The translations under genes and the position numbers were made by a program. The notes under the pieces are model-generated. The model was given only the letters and a program-made list of their open reading frames with translations, made no database searches and was not told where the DNA came from. Below are positions 1-13,678 of a stretch of 64,000 nt of DNA, piece after piece; the stretch's first letter is position 1, and each line of letters begins with the position of its first letter. Source of the stretch: Octopus sinensis (lineage: Eukaryota); NCBI RefSeq assembly GCF_006345805.1, contig NW_021834517.1, forward strand, positions 8,476 to 72,475, given 5' to 3'.

Positions 1-8
1 TACATATA

Positions 9-40
<32 letters not shown>

Positions 41-1695
41 ATAACATATCTATATATATAACATAATATCCTATATACTATATATATCTATATCATATAT
101 ATATATATCTATATATAATATATATATCTATATATTACCATATATACATATATATAAATAATACAATATATACTATACATATATATATCCACATATATAT
201 ATATGATACATATATATATATATCCATATATAAACTATATACATGCAATATATATAAATATATATTATACGATATCTATATACACCATATCTATATATAC
301 ACATATATATATATACACATATATATATATATACATATATAATATATATATATACATATATATCCAATATATCTAACATACATGATATATATATACATAC
401 ACTATATATATACATACATTATATATATATATCATACATATATATATATATACATACATACATATATAATATATATACATACATTATATAGATATATATA
501 CATACATATATATATACACATACTAGATATATAGAATACATAATATATATACATATACATATATATATATACATACACATATTATATACATACACATATT
601 ATAGTACATATACTATATATATACATACATAGAATATATACATATACATATATATATATACATATACATATATATATACATACACATATATATACATACA
701 TATATATATATACATACACATTATACATACATATATATATTACAGATATATTACATATACATATGTATATACATATATATTTACTATATATATACATATA
801 CATATATATACAATATATATATATATATTACTATATATATATAATATATAATATATATATACATATATATATACATATTATAATACATATATATATATAT
901 ATATATATACATAATATATATATATACCTATATACATATATAATATATATATATACATATATATACAACTATATAACATATACACATATACATATCATAT
1001 ATACATATATATATATTATCATATATAATATATACATATATTACTATATCATATATACATATAATATATATATATATACAACATATACATATATATATAT
1101 AATATATATATATCTATATACATATATACTATACATATATACATATATACATATATAATATACACATACTATATATTACATATATACACATATAGATATA
1201 TACACATTATATATATATACATATTACACATATATATATATACACCATATATATATATACACACTAATATATAATACACATATACATATATATCTATCCA
1301 TATATATACATAATATATATACATATATATATACACTATATATATACATATATATATATACATATATACATATATCATATACATATATATATATATACAT
1401 ATATACATATATATACATATATATATATATACATCATACATATATATATACATATATACTATATCTATACATATATATACATATATATATACATTATATA
1501 TATACATATATATACATATATATACATATATATATACAATATATATATACATATTATACACATATATATACATATATATACATATATACACATATATATA
1601 TATACATATATATACATATATAATACATATATATATATACATTATATATATCTATATATATATATATACATATAATATATTATACATATATATAA

Positions 1696-1727
<32 letters not shown>

Positions 1728-2663
1728 CATATATATATACATAATATATATCATATATATATACATATATACATATACACATACATAATACATATACACA
1801 ACACATATACATATTATATATATATATTATAAACATAATAAGATATATACATATACATATACATATATATATATACATATACTATATATATATACATATA
1901 CATAATATATATACATATCCATATATATATAATATATCACATATACATATATATATACTATCATATAGATATACATATATACATTATATATATATACATA
2001 TACAATATATATTATACATTATACATATATATATACATATATACATATATATATATACACAATATATATAATACACATATATAATATACACTATATATAT
2101 ATATACACATATATATATATATATACATATTATACACATATATATATATACATACTATATATATATATACATACATATATATATATATACATACATATAA
2201 TATATACATACATATATATATATAACATACATATTATATATTATATATCAACATATATATTATATATATATCATACATATATATATACAATATACATATA
2301 TATATATACATACATATATATATACAGCATACATATATATAGAACATACACATATATATATACATACACATATATATATACATAACATATATATATATAC
2401 ATACATATAATATACACATATACATATATATATATATATACATATATCTATATATATAACATATATATACATACATATATATATACATACACATATATAT
2501 ACATACATATATATATACATATATAATACATATACATATGTATAACATATATATATACATATATATACATATACATATATATACATATATATATATATTA
2601 TTAATATATATATATAATACATATATATATATATATACATATATTATATACATATATATATAC

Positions 2664-2695
<32 letters not shown>

Positions 2696-3530
2696 TACAT
2701 ATATATATATATACATATATACATATACATATATCTATATATCATATATACATCATATATACATATACACATATATACAATACATATATACATATATATT
2801 ATATATATACATATATACATATATACATATATATACATATATACATATCTATATATATATATATACATATATACATATATATATACATATATATATATAC
2901 ATAACATTATACATATACATATACATATATACACATATATATATACATATATACATATATATATATACACATATATATAAGACATATATACACATATATA
3001 TATATACACATATATATTATACACATATATATATATACACATATATTATATATATACATATATACATAATATATATACTACATATATATATATATACATA
3101 TATACATATATATATATACATATATATATACTATATATATATACATATATCTATACAATATATCATATACATATATATATAACATATTACATATATATAT
3201 ACATAATATATACATATATATATATACATATATACAATATATATACATATATATATATATACATATATACATATATATATACATATATACATATATATAC
3301 ATATATAATACATATATATATACATATATATATATTACATATATATACATATATATACATATATATATACATATATATATACATATATACATATATATAC
3401 ATATATATATACATATATACACATATATATATATACATATATTACATATATATACATATATTATATATACATATATATACATATATATATATATATACAT
3501 ATATATATACATATATCTATATACATATAT

Positions 3531-3573
<43 letters not shown>

Positions 3574-3670
3574 TATATATATATACATATATATATACAT
3601 ATATATTCATATTATATACTATATACATATACACATACATATATACATACACATACACTATACATATACA

Positions 3671-3704
<34 letters not shown>

Positions 3705-3776
3705 CATATACATATACATATATATATATACATATACATATATATATATACTATACATATATATATATACATATAC

Positions 3777-3808
<32 letters not shown>

Positions 3809-4028
3809 ATACATATCCATATATATATATAATATATACATATATATATATATACATATACATTATAATATACTATATACATATATATATATACATATAT
3901 CATATATATTATATACTATACATATATATATATATACATTACATATATATATATATACATATACATAATATATACATATATATATACATATAACATATAT
4001 ATATATACATATATATATATAAACATAC

Positions 4029-4059
<31 letters not shown>

Positions 4060-4250
4060 CATATATATATATATACATATATATATATACATATATATAT
4101 ACATCTATACCTATACATAGTATATACATATATATAATATACATATATATATATATATAATACATATATATATATATAATATATATATATACATATATAT
4201 ATACATATATATACATACATACATACATATATATATATACATATATATAG
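1..4250. repeat. (TA)n/(TACA)n low-complexity microsatellite tract
   Basis: About 4.2 kb of degenerate TA/TACA/CATA repeats; all ORFs here are Y/I/H/C/V/M-only artefacts. Confidence 0.97.
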
Positions 4251-5100
4251 TGCTATGAATGCTTCGGCTGGTGCAGTATTTCTTGACCCACTTTGTTGGG
4301 AGTGGCGCCTGCAAGTCTGGAATAAAAAGTTACAGCACTTTCTTTACGGAAGACTAATGGCTTTTGGAGGGACATTTGGCCTTGTGCCGGTCGATTAGGG
4401 GTCAGAGAGATGTGAGGGCCGAGGAAGATAGAGTAAGGAAGAATCTAGTGACAGTGAAAAAGAGGAAGAAGAAAGTAGTGAGAAAGACAGAGTAAGGGAT
4501 CTGAGAGCTGTCATGAGAGAGTGACAGCAGCAGCGTCGATGAAGATAGGCAGATTAAGGAATCTGAGAGCAGATAGAGAGAATATTAGCAGTGCTAAGAC
4601 AGATTGAGGCGTGGTGAGAGAGCAAGACGTTTGGACAGTCGGATTTTGGTCGTCAAAGTGAGCGGTTGGACTTAGGAGCGAGGATTTAGGGATTCGGGGC
4701 AAGAACTGTGAATTGTGTATTGATATGTGAAGAAAAAGAAGGACAAGGAATCGATGTATCGAAATGTTGAAAAGAAATGAGACAGTAAAAAGGAATTTGA
4801 TGAACAATGTGAATTGTGTAAAGACATTGTGTACAGTGTTGTGATTTGAACATTGTATAATGAACATTGAACTGTTAGGCCTGTAATGTCCTTCGAACTG
4901 TATATGCCTTTAATGTGTTTTGAAATAGAACTGTGTCTTCGGACGTGTACTCTTGAAAAGCTGATGTATTGAACTTGATGTGTTGTTACCGGACGGTTAT
5001 ATTGTATCTGCGTGTTTAAATGCTTTGATCTGTGGTATACCCGTATGATGTATTGAGTTGTCACGTGCATGTCCTCTTTTAAATGTATCTGAAATGTATT
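4251..5100 (-). repeat. Unclassified interspersed repeat, possibly a decayed PLE N-terminal region
   Basis: Complex sequence between TA tracts. Minus-strand fragments (IPKSSLLSPT..., H*SSVKKVL*L) only vaguely recall PLE N-termini; no catalytic motif is visible. Confidence 0.25.
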
Positions 5101-5431
5101 TGATGTTGTAACAATTGATTGTCATAAACTAGTGTTAAATGTAAGCCAGTGTGCCTTGCCTCTTTGTGTCTCTCTCGATTGCCTCTGTGCTGCTGCTGCT
5201 GTTGTTGTCGTTCTATCTCTCTCTCCTCTCCGACGAGTTTCCGTGGCGGAAATATTCGCTGATCGACCGGGCGACGGCAGGTGGTCCGTAACAATACATA
5301 CATATACATACATACATATACATACATACACATACATATACATACACATACATATATATATATATATACACATATATACATATATATATATATATACATA
5401 TATATACATATATATATACATATATAAATAC

Positions 5432-5462
<31 letters not shown>

Positions 5463-5516
5463 CGTATATATTATACATTATATATACATATTATATATAT
5501 ATACATATATATATAC

Positions 5517-5547
<31 letters not shown>

Positions 5548-5609
5548 CATATATATACATATATATATATACATATATATACATATATATATATACATAT
5601 ATATATATA

Positions 5610-6897
5610 CGAGGGGTGTTCAATAAGTAATGCCCCTGACCCACTTCCCATAGCAGTAGAGCAACGAAACTTGGCACAGTTATTAGTCTTTTTCTACATA
5701 GGAACCACCCAGAGTTACGCATTTCTGCCATCGTTTGATGCAGCGCTGGAGACCGTTTTTGTAGAAGACCCCAGCTTGGTCCTCCAACCACGACGTGACT
5801 TTAGAAATCAAGGCTGCATCATCTGTGAAATGCTTTCCTTTAAAAAAAAACTTCATGGCTGGGAAGAGGTGAAAATCAGAGGGTGTAAGGTCAGGAGCGT
5901 AGGGGGATGGGGGAGGAGTTCATAGCAGCACGCCTGTGCTTCTGATCTGGCGACACGCGAGTTGTGGACCGGAGCGTTGTCCTGCAGGAGGAGGATGCCT
6001 TTGCTGATCTTGCCCCACCTCTTGATTTTCATAGCTTCTCATAATTTCCTCAGAAGTGAAGCATAATAGGCTCCTGTAATTGTGGTACCCTTTGCCAGGA
6101 AATCTGTCATCACTACTCCGTCCTGGTCCCAGAAGACTGTGAGCATGACCTTGCCAGCAGAGGGCTGCACCCTTGCCTTCTTTGGAGGAGGTGAGTCACG
6201 GTGCTTCCACTGCATTGACTGGGCTTTGGTTTCTGAATCATAGTGATGGACCCAGGTTTCATCCTGTGTAATCAGTCTTTTGAAAAATTTTGACTCATCT
6301 TCTTGGCACATCTCCAAATTCATCCTCGAGCACTCGACGCGTTCTTGCTTCTGGAAAGGTGTGAGCAGCCTGGGAATCCATCTGGCAGACACCTTTTGCA
6401 TATGCAAATGGTCATGAATGATAGTTTCCACAGACCCGGTACTAATCTTGACCTCATGGGCTATTTGGCGAATAGTTATGCATCGATCTTCCAAAATGGC
6501 AGCCTCAACTTGACGGACAGATGCCTCATCAATGGCAGAAGGGGGCGACCAGATCTGGGAGCTGTTTCCACAGAGTTCCGACCATGTTTGAATTCACGAT
6601 GCCAGCGTTTTACAAGGTCATATGATGGGGCATCATTACCATAAGTTACTTTCATTTCATCAAAAGTCTCCTGTGGTGTGCGTCCTTTCAAATACAAAAA
6701 CCGGATCACTGCTCGACACTCAACAGGCTCCATTTTGCACTTGACTCAGTTCAAACACCTGTAAATCAGAAATCACAATTGGCTCAGAGCTGTAATTTGC
6801 CACCTACTCTATAGAGATATAAATAATTGCACATGCAATTTCAGCTAGATCAAACAACTGCAAGGGGTCAGGGGCATTACTTATTGAACGTCCCTCG
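5610..6897 (-). mobile_element. Full-length mariner DNA transposon (1288 bp, 33-bp TIRs, TA TSD)
   Basis: Left TIR cgaggggtgttcaataagtaatgcccctgaccc (5610-5642) and right TIR gggtcaggggcattacttattgaacgtccctcg (6865-6897) differ at 2 positions; TA at 5608-5609 and 6898-6899. Confidence 0.96.
5683..6733 (-). pseudogene. Mariner DD34D transposase with one frameshift (~6541) and one premature stop (6039)
   Basis: MEPVECRAVIRF HTH, WIPRLL, ITQDETW, QDNAPVH...[13 protein letters not shown] with 34 residues between the second and third D, and [14 protein letters not shown]-terminus. Confidence 0.95.
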
Positions 6898-6911
6898 TAT
6901 ATACATATATA

Positions 6912-7304
6912 GGCGCAGGAGTGGCTGTGTGGTAAGTAGTTTGCTTACGAACCACATGATTCCGGGTTCAGTCCCACTGCGTGGCACCTTGGGCAAGTGT
7001 CTTCTACTATAGCCTCGGGCCGACCAAAGCCTTGTGAGTGGATTTGGTAGACGGAAACTGAAAGAAGCCCGTCGTATATATGTATGTGTGTGTGTTTGTG
7101 TGTCTGTGTTTGTCCCCCCAACATTGTTTGACAACCGATGCTGGTGTGTTTATGCCCCCGTTACTTAGCGGTTCGGCAAAAGAGACCGATAGAATAAGTA
7201 CTGGGCTTACAAAGAATAAGTCCCGGGGTCGATTTGCTCGACTAAAGGCGGTGCTCCAGCATGGCCGCAGTCAATTGACTGAAACAAGTAAAGAGTAAAG
7301 AGTA
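6912..7304 (+). mobile_element. tRNA-derived SINE (octopus-type family 1, ggcgcaggagtggctgtgtggtaag head)
   Basis: A/B-box-like head (tggctgtgtgg...gggttcagtccc), internal TG tract and (aagagt)n tail; a second copy lies at 59166-59536. Confidence 0.88.
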
Positions 7305-7344
<40 letters not shown>

Positions 7345-7404
7345 CATATAAGTGTATGTGTATATACATATACATATACGTGTGTGTGTATTGTATTAAA
7401 TATC

Positions 7405-8790
7405 CATCATGGCTGATCTTACCGATCGGTTTCGCGTAAAGAATACAATGGAATGTTAGGTAAAAATCCGATTATATAACTTTATGCTCATCAGAGATAG
7501 CCGATATAGAAAGGAATACGGCAACTGCTCTCTATTGTCGGAGGTAGATTAGCACGACCGGTCAGCGGTTGAAAAAAGGTGGTAAAACGAAAAAGGGGCC
7601 AGGGGATTAGGTTAGGAGTCACGTCCCATTGGTTGGGTATGCTGTGAAGCCGGCAAAAGTTATCTTAAAGTGGGGAAGGTGTGTATTATTAATGGGGTGT
7701 TCCTGTGGGGATGGGGTGTGTGATATATGTAGTGGTGTCATATGCATAATTTTTTCCGGGCTCTAAGTAAATATAGCTGTCTACGTTGGTCTGTTTTCTT
7801 TCTGTAAAGGATAAAGTCGTGGGCTTTTTTACAATAGCGCTCGGTGTATAATGTGTAATGTGTGTGTGTGTGGGGGGAGGTGTGCATCTGTTGGGGTACA
7901 ATTTGTGAGCAGGGGTGTGTATTGTGGGTGATGGGAAACAGTCTATTTTGTGGGGTGTCCGCCTGAAAGAGATGTGCGTCTGTGTACACGGGTGCATTGG
8001 TGTGTACTTTGGTCAAACTCTTTTTGCCGGGCCCGAGGTCATTGGTGGAAGGTCGTTGGCGGAGGGACGAGGTTTGAGGCAGGGGACCTGTGGTTGCAGT
8101 CATGGTGGGGCGCGCAGGTACAATAGGATGTACTTACTTTCATGCGAGCAAAGATTAAACACCTGACTCCTACTATTCAGGTAAATATCCAGGCGTTGGG
8201 TACCTTTTAAATTAGCTCTCTTCTCAGCCAGGCATAATCTGCACTTCCTGTTGCTATTGAAGTACGGTGTGCGTTTTTCTAGGATCTTCCACTTTATGTT
8301 GTACTCCGTGGCACTTTCATTCAAAGCCCAGACGTGCTTGGCTAGGGTTGTGGTGTTACATTTCTCTGAGATGTTAAAGGAAGAATTGTGGTCATTAAAG
8401 CGGGTTCTGGAGGGGCCTACCGTTACCCTCAGATACTTCGCACGCTCGGTTGTCCATTGGGTTTTGTTGCTGTTATTTCTGCCTCGTAAACAACTGACTC
8501 CGTATTGCAGTGACCGTTCAGTGGACAAGTTGTGTTAACTCTGTATGAGCATCCTGCCTGTCCTCCGGTGTGGGCCTACCCGCTAAAATCTTTTTTACAC
8601 TAGGTGCAAAGCTAGAGGATAAACTCGGGGTATATCTATTAAATATTTTGCTGAATCTATTGGTTCAGGGAAAGTGTCTATCAACTAACCTAAAGAAGAT
8701 CTTACCTACTCTGGTCTCAACGTTTAAAGAGAATGGTGGCGTGAACCACGGTACTTTCCGGTGACGCTTTCTCTTGGTGGTGCTAGGGTA
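7405..8790 (-). mobile_element. 5'-truncated Penelope-like element: RT thumb, C-terminal GIY-YIG endonuclease and 3' pLTR-like region
   Basis: Minus-strand RKVPWFTPPFSLNVETRVGKIFFRLVDRHFP..KIFNR, CPLNGHCNTESVVYEAEI, KYLRVT.GPSRTRFNDH, LAKHVWAL..YNIKWKIL and CRLCLAEK..LNSRSQVFNLCSH; frameshifted. Confidence 0.9.
7411..7502 (-). ncRNA. Type I hammerhead ribozyme in the PLE 3' region
   Basis: Minus strand reads GGCUAUCU-CUGAUGA-GCAUAAAG[loop]CUUUACGC-GAAA-CCGAUCGG-UA-AGAUCAGCC. The core is intact, stem I has 8 bp plus one bulge, stem II pairs 7/8, stem III is palindromic (ACCGAUCGGU) and the cleavage triplet is GUA. Confidence 0.88.
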
Positions 8791-8811
8791 TGGCATGTAA
8801 CTAATATTATC

Positions 8812-8904
8812 TTTGATTGATTGATAGATTGATTGATTGGTTGGTTGGTTGGTTGATTGGTTGATTGGTTGGTTGATTGGCTGGCTGGCTGGCTGGCAGG
8901 CAAG

Positions 8905-8935
<31 letters not shown>

Positions 8936-8937
8936 AT

Positions 8938-9000
<63 letters not shown>
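8812..9000. repeat. Compound tetranucleotide microsatellite (GATT/GGTT/GGCT/GGCA/GATA)
   Basis: Read directly from the sequence. Confidence 0.92.
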
Positions 9001-9002
<2 letters not shown>

Positions 9003-9580
9003 AATAAATACGATATAGCTTCGTGGTTAGAGTGTTTGATTCTAAGAACTAAATAGGTGTTGTGTCTGAGTAAGAAACTTATTTCGCGTTACTCCCGTCA
9101 ACTGAAATGAGTACCAGCTATGTGTTGGTACCGTCCTCTAACTCTCTCTCTCTCTCTCTCTCTCCGTCATATCCTCAATGTTTCTCTGGGTCGAGGGTGA
9201 GAGAGCTGAGAGGGTGTCTGAAGACACCATCATCCAGCCAAAATTTGTAATAGAAAAGAGCAATAAAAATGTAAACGAATTGCCGATTGTTATCGCCAAT
9301 ATTATTATCACCATTCAACTCTGATTAAGAGTCAATGCAACAGACATGACTGCAGATCACGCATTCACACACACGTGTGTGTGCATATATATATATATAT
9401 ATAGTCAATTCAAATAAACGAACAATAAAATTAGCAATAACAGATACAAGACAACTTGCACAAAGAATGTCTTAGTTTGACGCTCAGTAAAAAAAGAGTT
9501 TTTGACGTTTCGAGCTCTTTTGAGGAAAAGAGAAAGTGAAAAGTCCGAAGGAAAAGAAATCGCCAACAGCACGTGTCAGA

Positions 9581-9624
<44 letters not shown>

Positions 9625-9959
9625 TTTTAAAACAATTTCCAGTCGCCTCATAAAGAAAGATTTCTCAAATCGCGGGGAATCATTAGAAGAAAGCCTCCAA
9701 AAAATGAAAGAAGTATTAACCAAGCTGGATGATAGCCTTCACGTACGTCTAGGAGGGTTTCACCCTTCCTAATGTCGAATAGCCTGAGGGCCGCCCACTT
9801 TCACGTGTGTCAATGCACGGCCTGAGTCATGCAGAATCTGTGATTGATCTCACACACATGTTCTTTATGGAAGTATGTACTCTTTATAGAAGTACGTGCA
9901 GGCTGTCATCCAGGTTGGTTAATACTTCTTTTATGCTTTGGAGGCCCTCTTCAAACGAA

Positions 9960-10707
9960 CCCCCATGATTTGAGAAATGTTGAATGTGCAACACAAAAGT
10001 ATTTTTACCACTTCACTGGGGCACTTGCAAATAGCTATGCCTGATGAGGTCTTTGTCACCACAGCTCTTCACGAAGAAATGGAAATTACTGATAGCATCA
10101 AAATAGGGAAAACTGATGTAATTTCAGCCATTGAGGAAATGAGCTCAAACTCAGCCACAGGTCCTGATGGATTCCCAGAAATCCTGCTAAACAAATGCAA
10201 AGATCACTTCAGATTCTCCTCCAGAGCATCCTCGCGACTGGGAGACTTCCCAAAAAGTTAACGGAAGGCATAATATATAAGGGAGGTAGCAGAGTGGATG
10301 CTAAAAATTCTAAACCTGTTTCTCTCTCTAACTTCCCATGTCAGCAACGTCATGGAACACATTGTCAGGAAGAAATTGATCGTGTTCCTTGAAGATAATG
10401 ACTTGCTTGCGGACACCCAGCATGACTTCCGTTCAGGCAGAAGCTGTCTTACACAGCTTTTGCAGCATTATTGGTGGATGCTGAAACAGTTAATGAATCG
10501 CTCAAATGCGGATGTGATGTGTCTCGATTTTTCAAAGGCCTTTCATAAGGCTGATGATGGGATGATATGTCACAATCAACGGAAACTCGGTATAGCCACG
10601 AAACTGGGACAGCAATTGCTTAAAAGATAGAAGCTAGACTGTGACAGCCAATGGAGCCCTCTCCGATGAGACAGGGATAGAGAGTGGAGTGCCTCATGGA
10701 ACTGTTC
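9960..10707 (+). mobile_element. CR1/L2-like LINE RT fragment (decayed)
   Basis: SATGPDGFP, QHDFRSGRSCLTQLL, CLDFSKAFHKADDG and SGVPHGTV across frameshifts. Confidence 0.88.
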
Positions 10708-10999
10708 ATGGCGGCATATATAGATGCTATATATAAATGGGCTGATTAAAATAACATGCAATTTAATGCAAGCAAATTCCAAGCTCTCAGCTACAACCGA
10801 ATTGGTGCCCATAAGCTGCAACAATGATACTGTGTATAAACAGAATCGTTTAGATACTTCGGAACGGTCCCTAAAGTGTGGCTTTTAAGCTAGTTTTAAA
10901 TAAAATGTCTTGTATGAAAGATAAAGAAAATCATTTCAGCTATACAAATAAAATTATACCCGGATTATTATAACCAAATCCACAAAGAACAGTTCATTT

Positions 11000-11830
11000 A
11001 TGGAATGCAATATTTCAGATTCGAGAACACAAATTCTTCAAAACCGTTTATCGTTTGGTGTTAAAATACCTGTGCAAACATTCAGCCAAAAGCTCAAAAT
11101 TGAGGAGAATATCTTGTCGCAGTTTGAACCACCCACCCACCCAAGAAGTACTCACTTGCGAATGGGTCTGGAATGCGATTCCACAACAGAACTAGCTTAT
11201 GTCATCAAAGTGGTAAAAGGCAACCATTCTGCATGTCACAAACATTTATGCATTGGTATGTTTCTCTTTGGGAATTTAATATTTACAATAGCTAAGCTTC
11301 TCTTCGATTCGTGACTTTTAAATCACATTTTAAAGATTCTGTGTTTGTAAGCCAAGAGCAAGAGATTGCTGGTTCAATTACCCATTGAACAACTATATAT
11401 AATGAAGTGCTTAACTCTCGCAATTCGACCAAAAATATTGATTTTGTTGAAAGATATCACGTGAACAGTCGTTGCTAAAATGCAACAGGATGCTATGCTA
11501 AAACAATATATGCCATTTGTAAGAAAGATTGTCCCAGAATATAGAAAATATGTTTGGTGTTGAATACATCTTTGAGTTTTAACAGGACTATTGGTAGAAT
11601 ATTTCAATCAAGAATGTAAATATAATTGTTTGGAACAGGAAAATAAAACTTTCTGGAAAATTATAAAGGTCAGCGGCCCTGCAAAAGTGAATATATATCT
11701 TCTTTAAATTAATGAGAAAGCGTTTACGAAACCGAGATAAGAAATCTACCTTTGTACCAAAAGTTATTGGTGCACTTGATTATGTGAGGAAATGTTTAAG
11801 TTATAATCACAAAAACACTAGCAAAACTGC
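11000..11830 (+). mobile_element. Highly decayed REL-endonuclease LINE (R4/NeSL-like) 3' fragment
   Basis: SQEQEIA, KTIYAICKKDCP and FVPKVIGALD motifs parallel the better preserved copy at 27.1-28.5 kb. Confidence 0.55.
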
Positions 11831-13457
11831 GACTGGTTAATTACACAGACACCTTACAGTGAAACAGTGGGAAATATTTGAAAGCTTCAGCATGTAACAT
11901 TTACGTGTTGATGTTGTGGTTATTGTCATTGATGTTGCTGTTGTTGGTGGTGGTGGTCTTACGTAAATTCCAGAGATGTAGGTTTTTTTGTTAGAAATAA
12001 CCTATTTTATTTTTAAGAAGAATTTAAAGAAATAAAAAAGGAAAGTTAGCACACACACATGCAGATACATACGTACATACATACATACATACATACATAC
12101 ATACATACATACATACATACATACATACACACACACATAAGAAAAACAATGAATACAAGTTGAAGAATGAATAGAAAATAGCGGAGGGTGAGACAAAGAA
12201 AGAAAGAAAAATGAAAGAAAGAAAGAAAGGAAGGAAAAGGGGGAGGTACGAATGGTTGAGGGTGAGAGAGAGCGAAGTGGTGAGATATTTGGAAATTTTG
12301 TCAAAATTCCAAATGCAACGAGAAAAGATGTCGTGGTGTATCTTATAGGAATATATTTGGCAAGTAAACAGGGATGACGTGGCCACCACAAAGATTTGCT
12401 GGTAGAGGAAAAACAAGTTTGCTGGACGGTGACTCAGAATTTTTTGGCAAACTGACCGGAAGTCGTTTCTCTATTATCATACTATTATATAAACATATAG
12501 AGGCTTAGTTTACACATACACGAATATTATGTGTATGCGTGTGTGTGTGTGCGTGTGTGTGAGTGGGTGTGTGTGTGTGTGCATACCCGTATAAAACACA
12601 ACCACACGTAGCTGCACACAGACACGCAAGGACACGTACACAAAAACATGCACAAAATACTAATGCGCGTGCATACATATACACACACACCAACTTACAT
12701 TTACACGCGCGCGTGCATTCACAATAACTTCACTAGATTAATCCCGATATTGATCAAAGAAAGACGATAATGAATGAGATTAAAGTCAGTATATGACAGG
12801 TATATCTATCGACAACATAGGTCAGGTGTGATTGGCTACCATAATAATGCACAAGAATTGTTTGTTCTCGTAAAACATTGCAGAATGTTCAAATTGACGT
12901 TAAATAAAAACATGGATTAGTGAAAGAATCATGTTTAATGTGGCCAGCAACCATGACCCTTTTTTAGGGTTTCAGTGACTGTGAGAAAAAAAAAACTCAT
13001 TTTTACCCAAACTTTGTCAGTAAGTGGGCTCCATTAACCCCACCCCCGCCATTCACCCAAGGGTAGGTGGCGTTGTTTAGTCGACCGCCAAACAACAGTT
13101 ACAGTCACTCAGACGAGCTTTCGCACAGTTCCCGTTTATTAAGTTCCATTCAGGAATCTTTGTCAACACGAACCTATGGTTGAAGACACCCCAAGGTACA
13201 GTAGAGAGGGCTTGAATCTGAAATCCTGTGATCTCGACACAAACTCCCTTATCACACAGCCCAGACCTGCATCTATGTTTAATGTAAACAGTAAATTCAA
13301 AGAGATTGATTTACCACAATTTTTATATTTGTTTAAAGAGACAATCGATGAAATAGGTTCAATATAAGTTAATGAATTGTTGGAGGTGGGGAACAGTGTT
13401 TTGCTTCAATGTTATATTGTGTTGTAGAGAACTGCAGGTAATATTTCGCCAACAGAA

Positions 13458-13678
13458 GGCAGCGAGCTGGCAGAAGCATTAGCGTGCCGGGCAAAGTACT
13501 TACCAGCATTTCGTCCGTCTTCGCGTTCTGAGTTCAAATTGCGCCGAGGTCGAATTTGCCATTCATCCTTTCGGGGTCGATAAAATAAGTATAAGGACCA
13601 GTTGGGTACTGGGGTCGATGCAATGGGTTTAACTCTTCCCCCGAAATTGCTGGCCTTGTGCCAAACTTTGAAATCAAT
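13458..13678 (+). mobile_element. tRNA-derived SINE (family 2, ggcggcgagctggcag head)
   Basis: A-box tggcagaagcattag, B-box gagttcaaattgc, then the cctttcggggtcgataaaataag body shared with the copies at 28.5, 39.0 and 58.0 kb. Confidence 0.85.

Noticed and set aside
6039-6733. SETMAR-like host gene
   Set aside because: No SET domain; flanked by TIRs and a TA TSD, so it is a transposon copy.
6912-6990. tRNA genes at SINE heads
   Set aside because: They have A/B boxes but no complete cloverleaf and continue into SINE bodies.
9643-9742. Possible 100-nt exon (RLIKKDFSNRGESLEESLQKMKEVLTKLDDSLH)
   Set aside because: The acceptor is weak, it is adjacent to a LINE relic, and there is no recognisable homology; support is insufficient.
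10040-10085. CTGATGA hammerhead-like core
   Set aside because: No GAAA follows a stem II; it lies within LINE-derived sequence.
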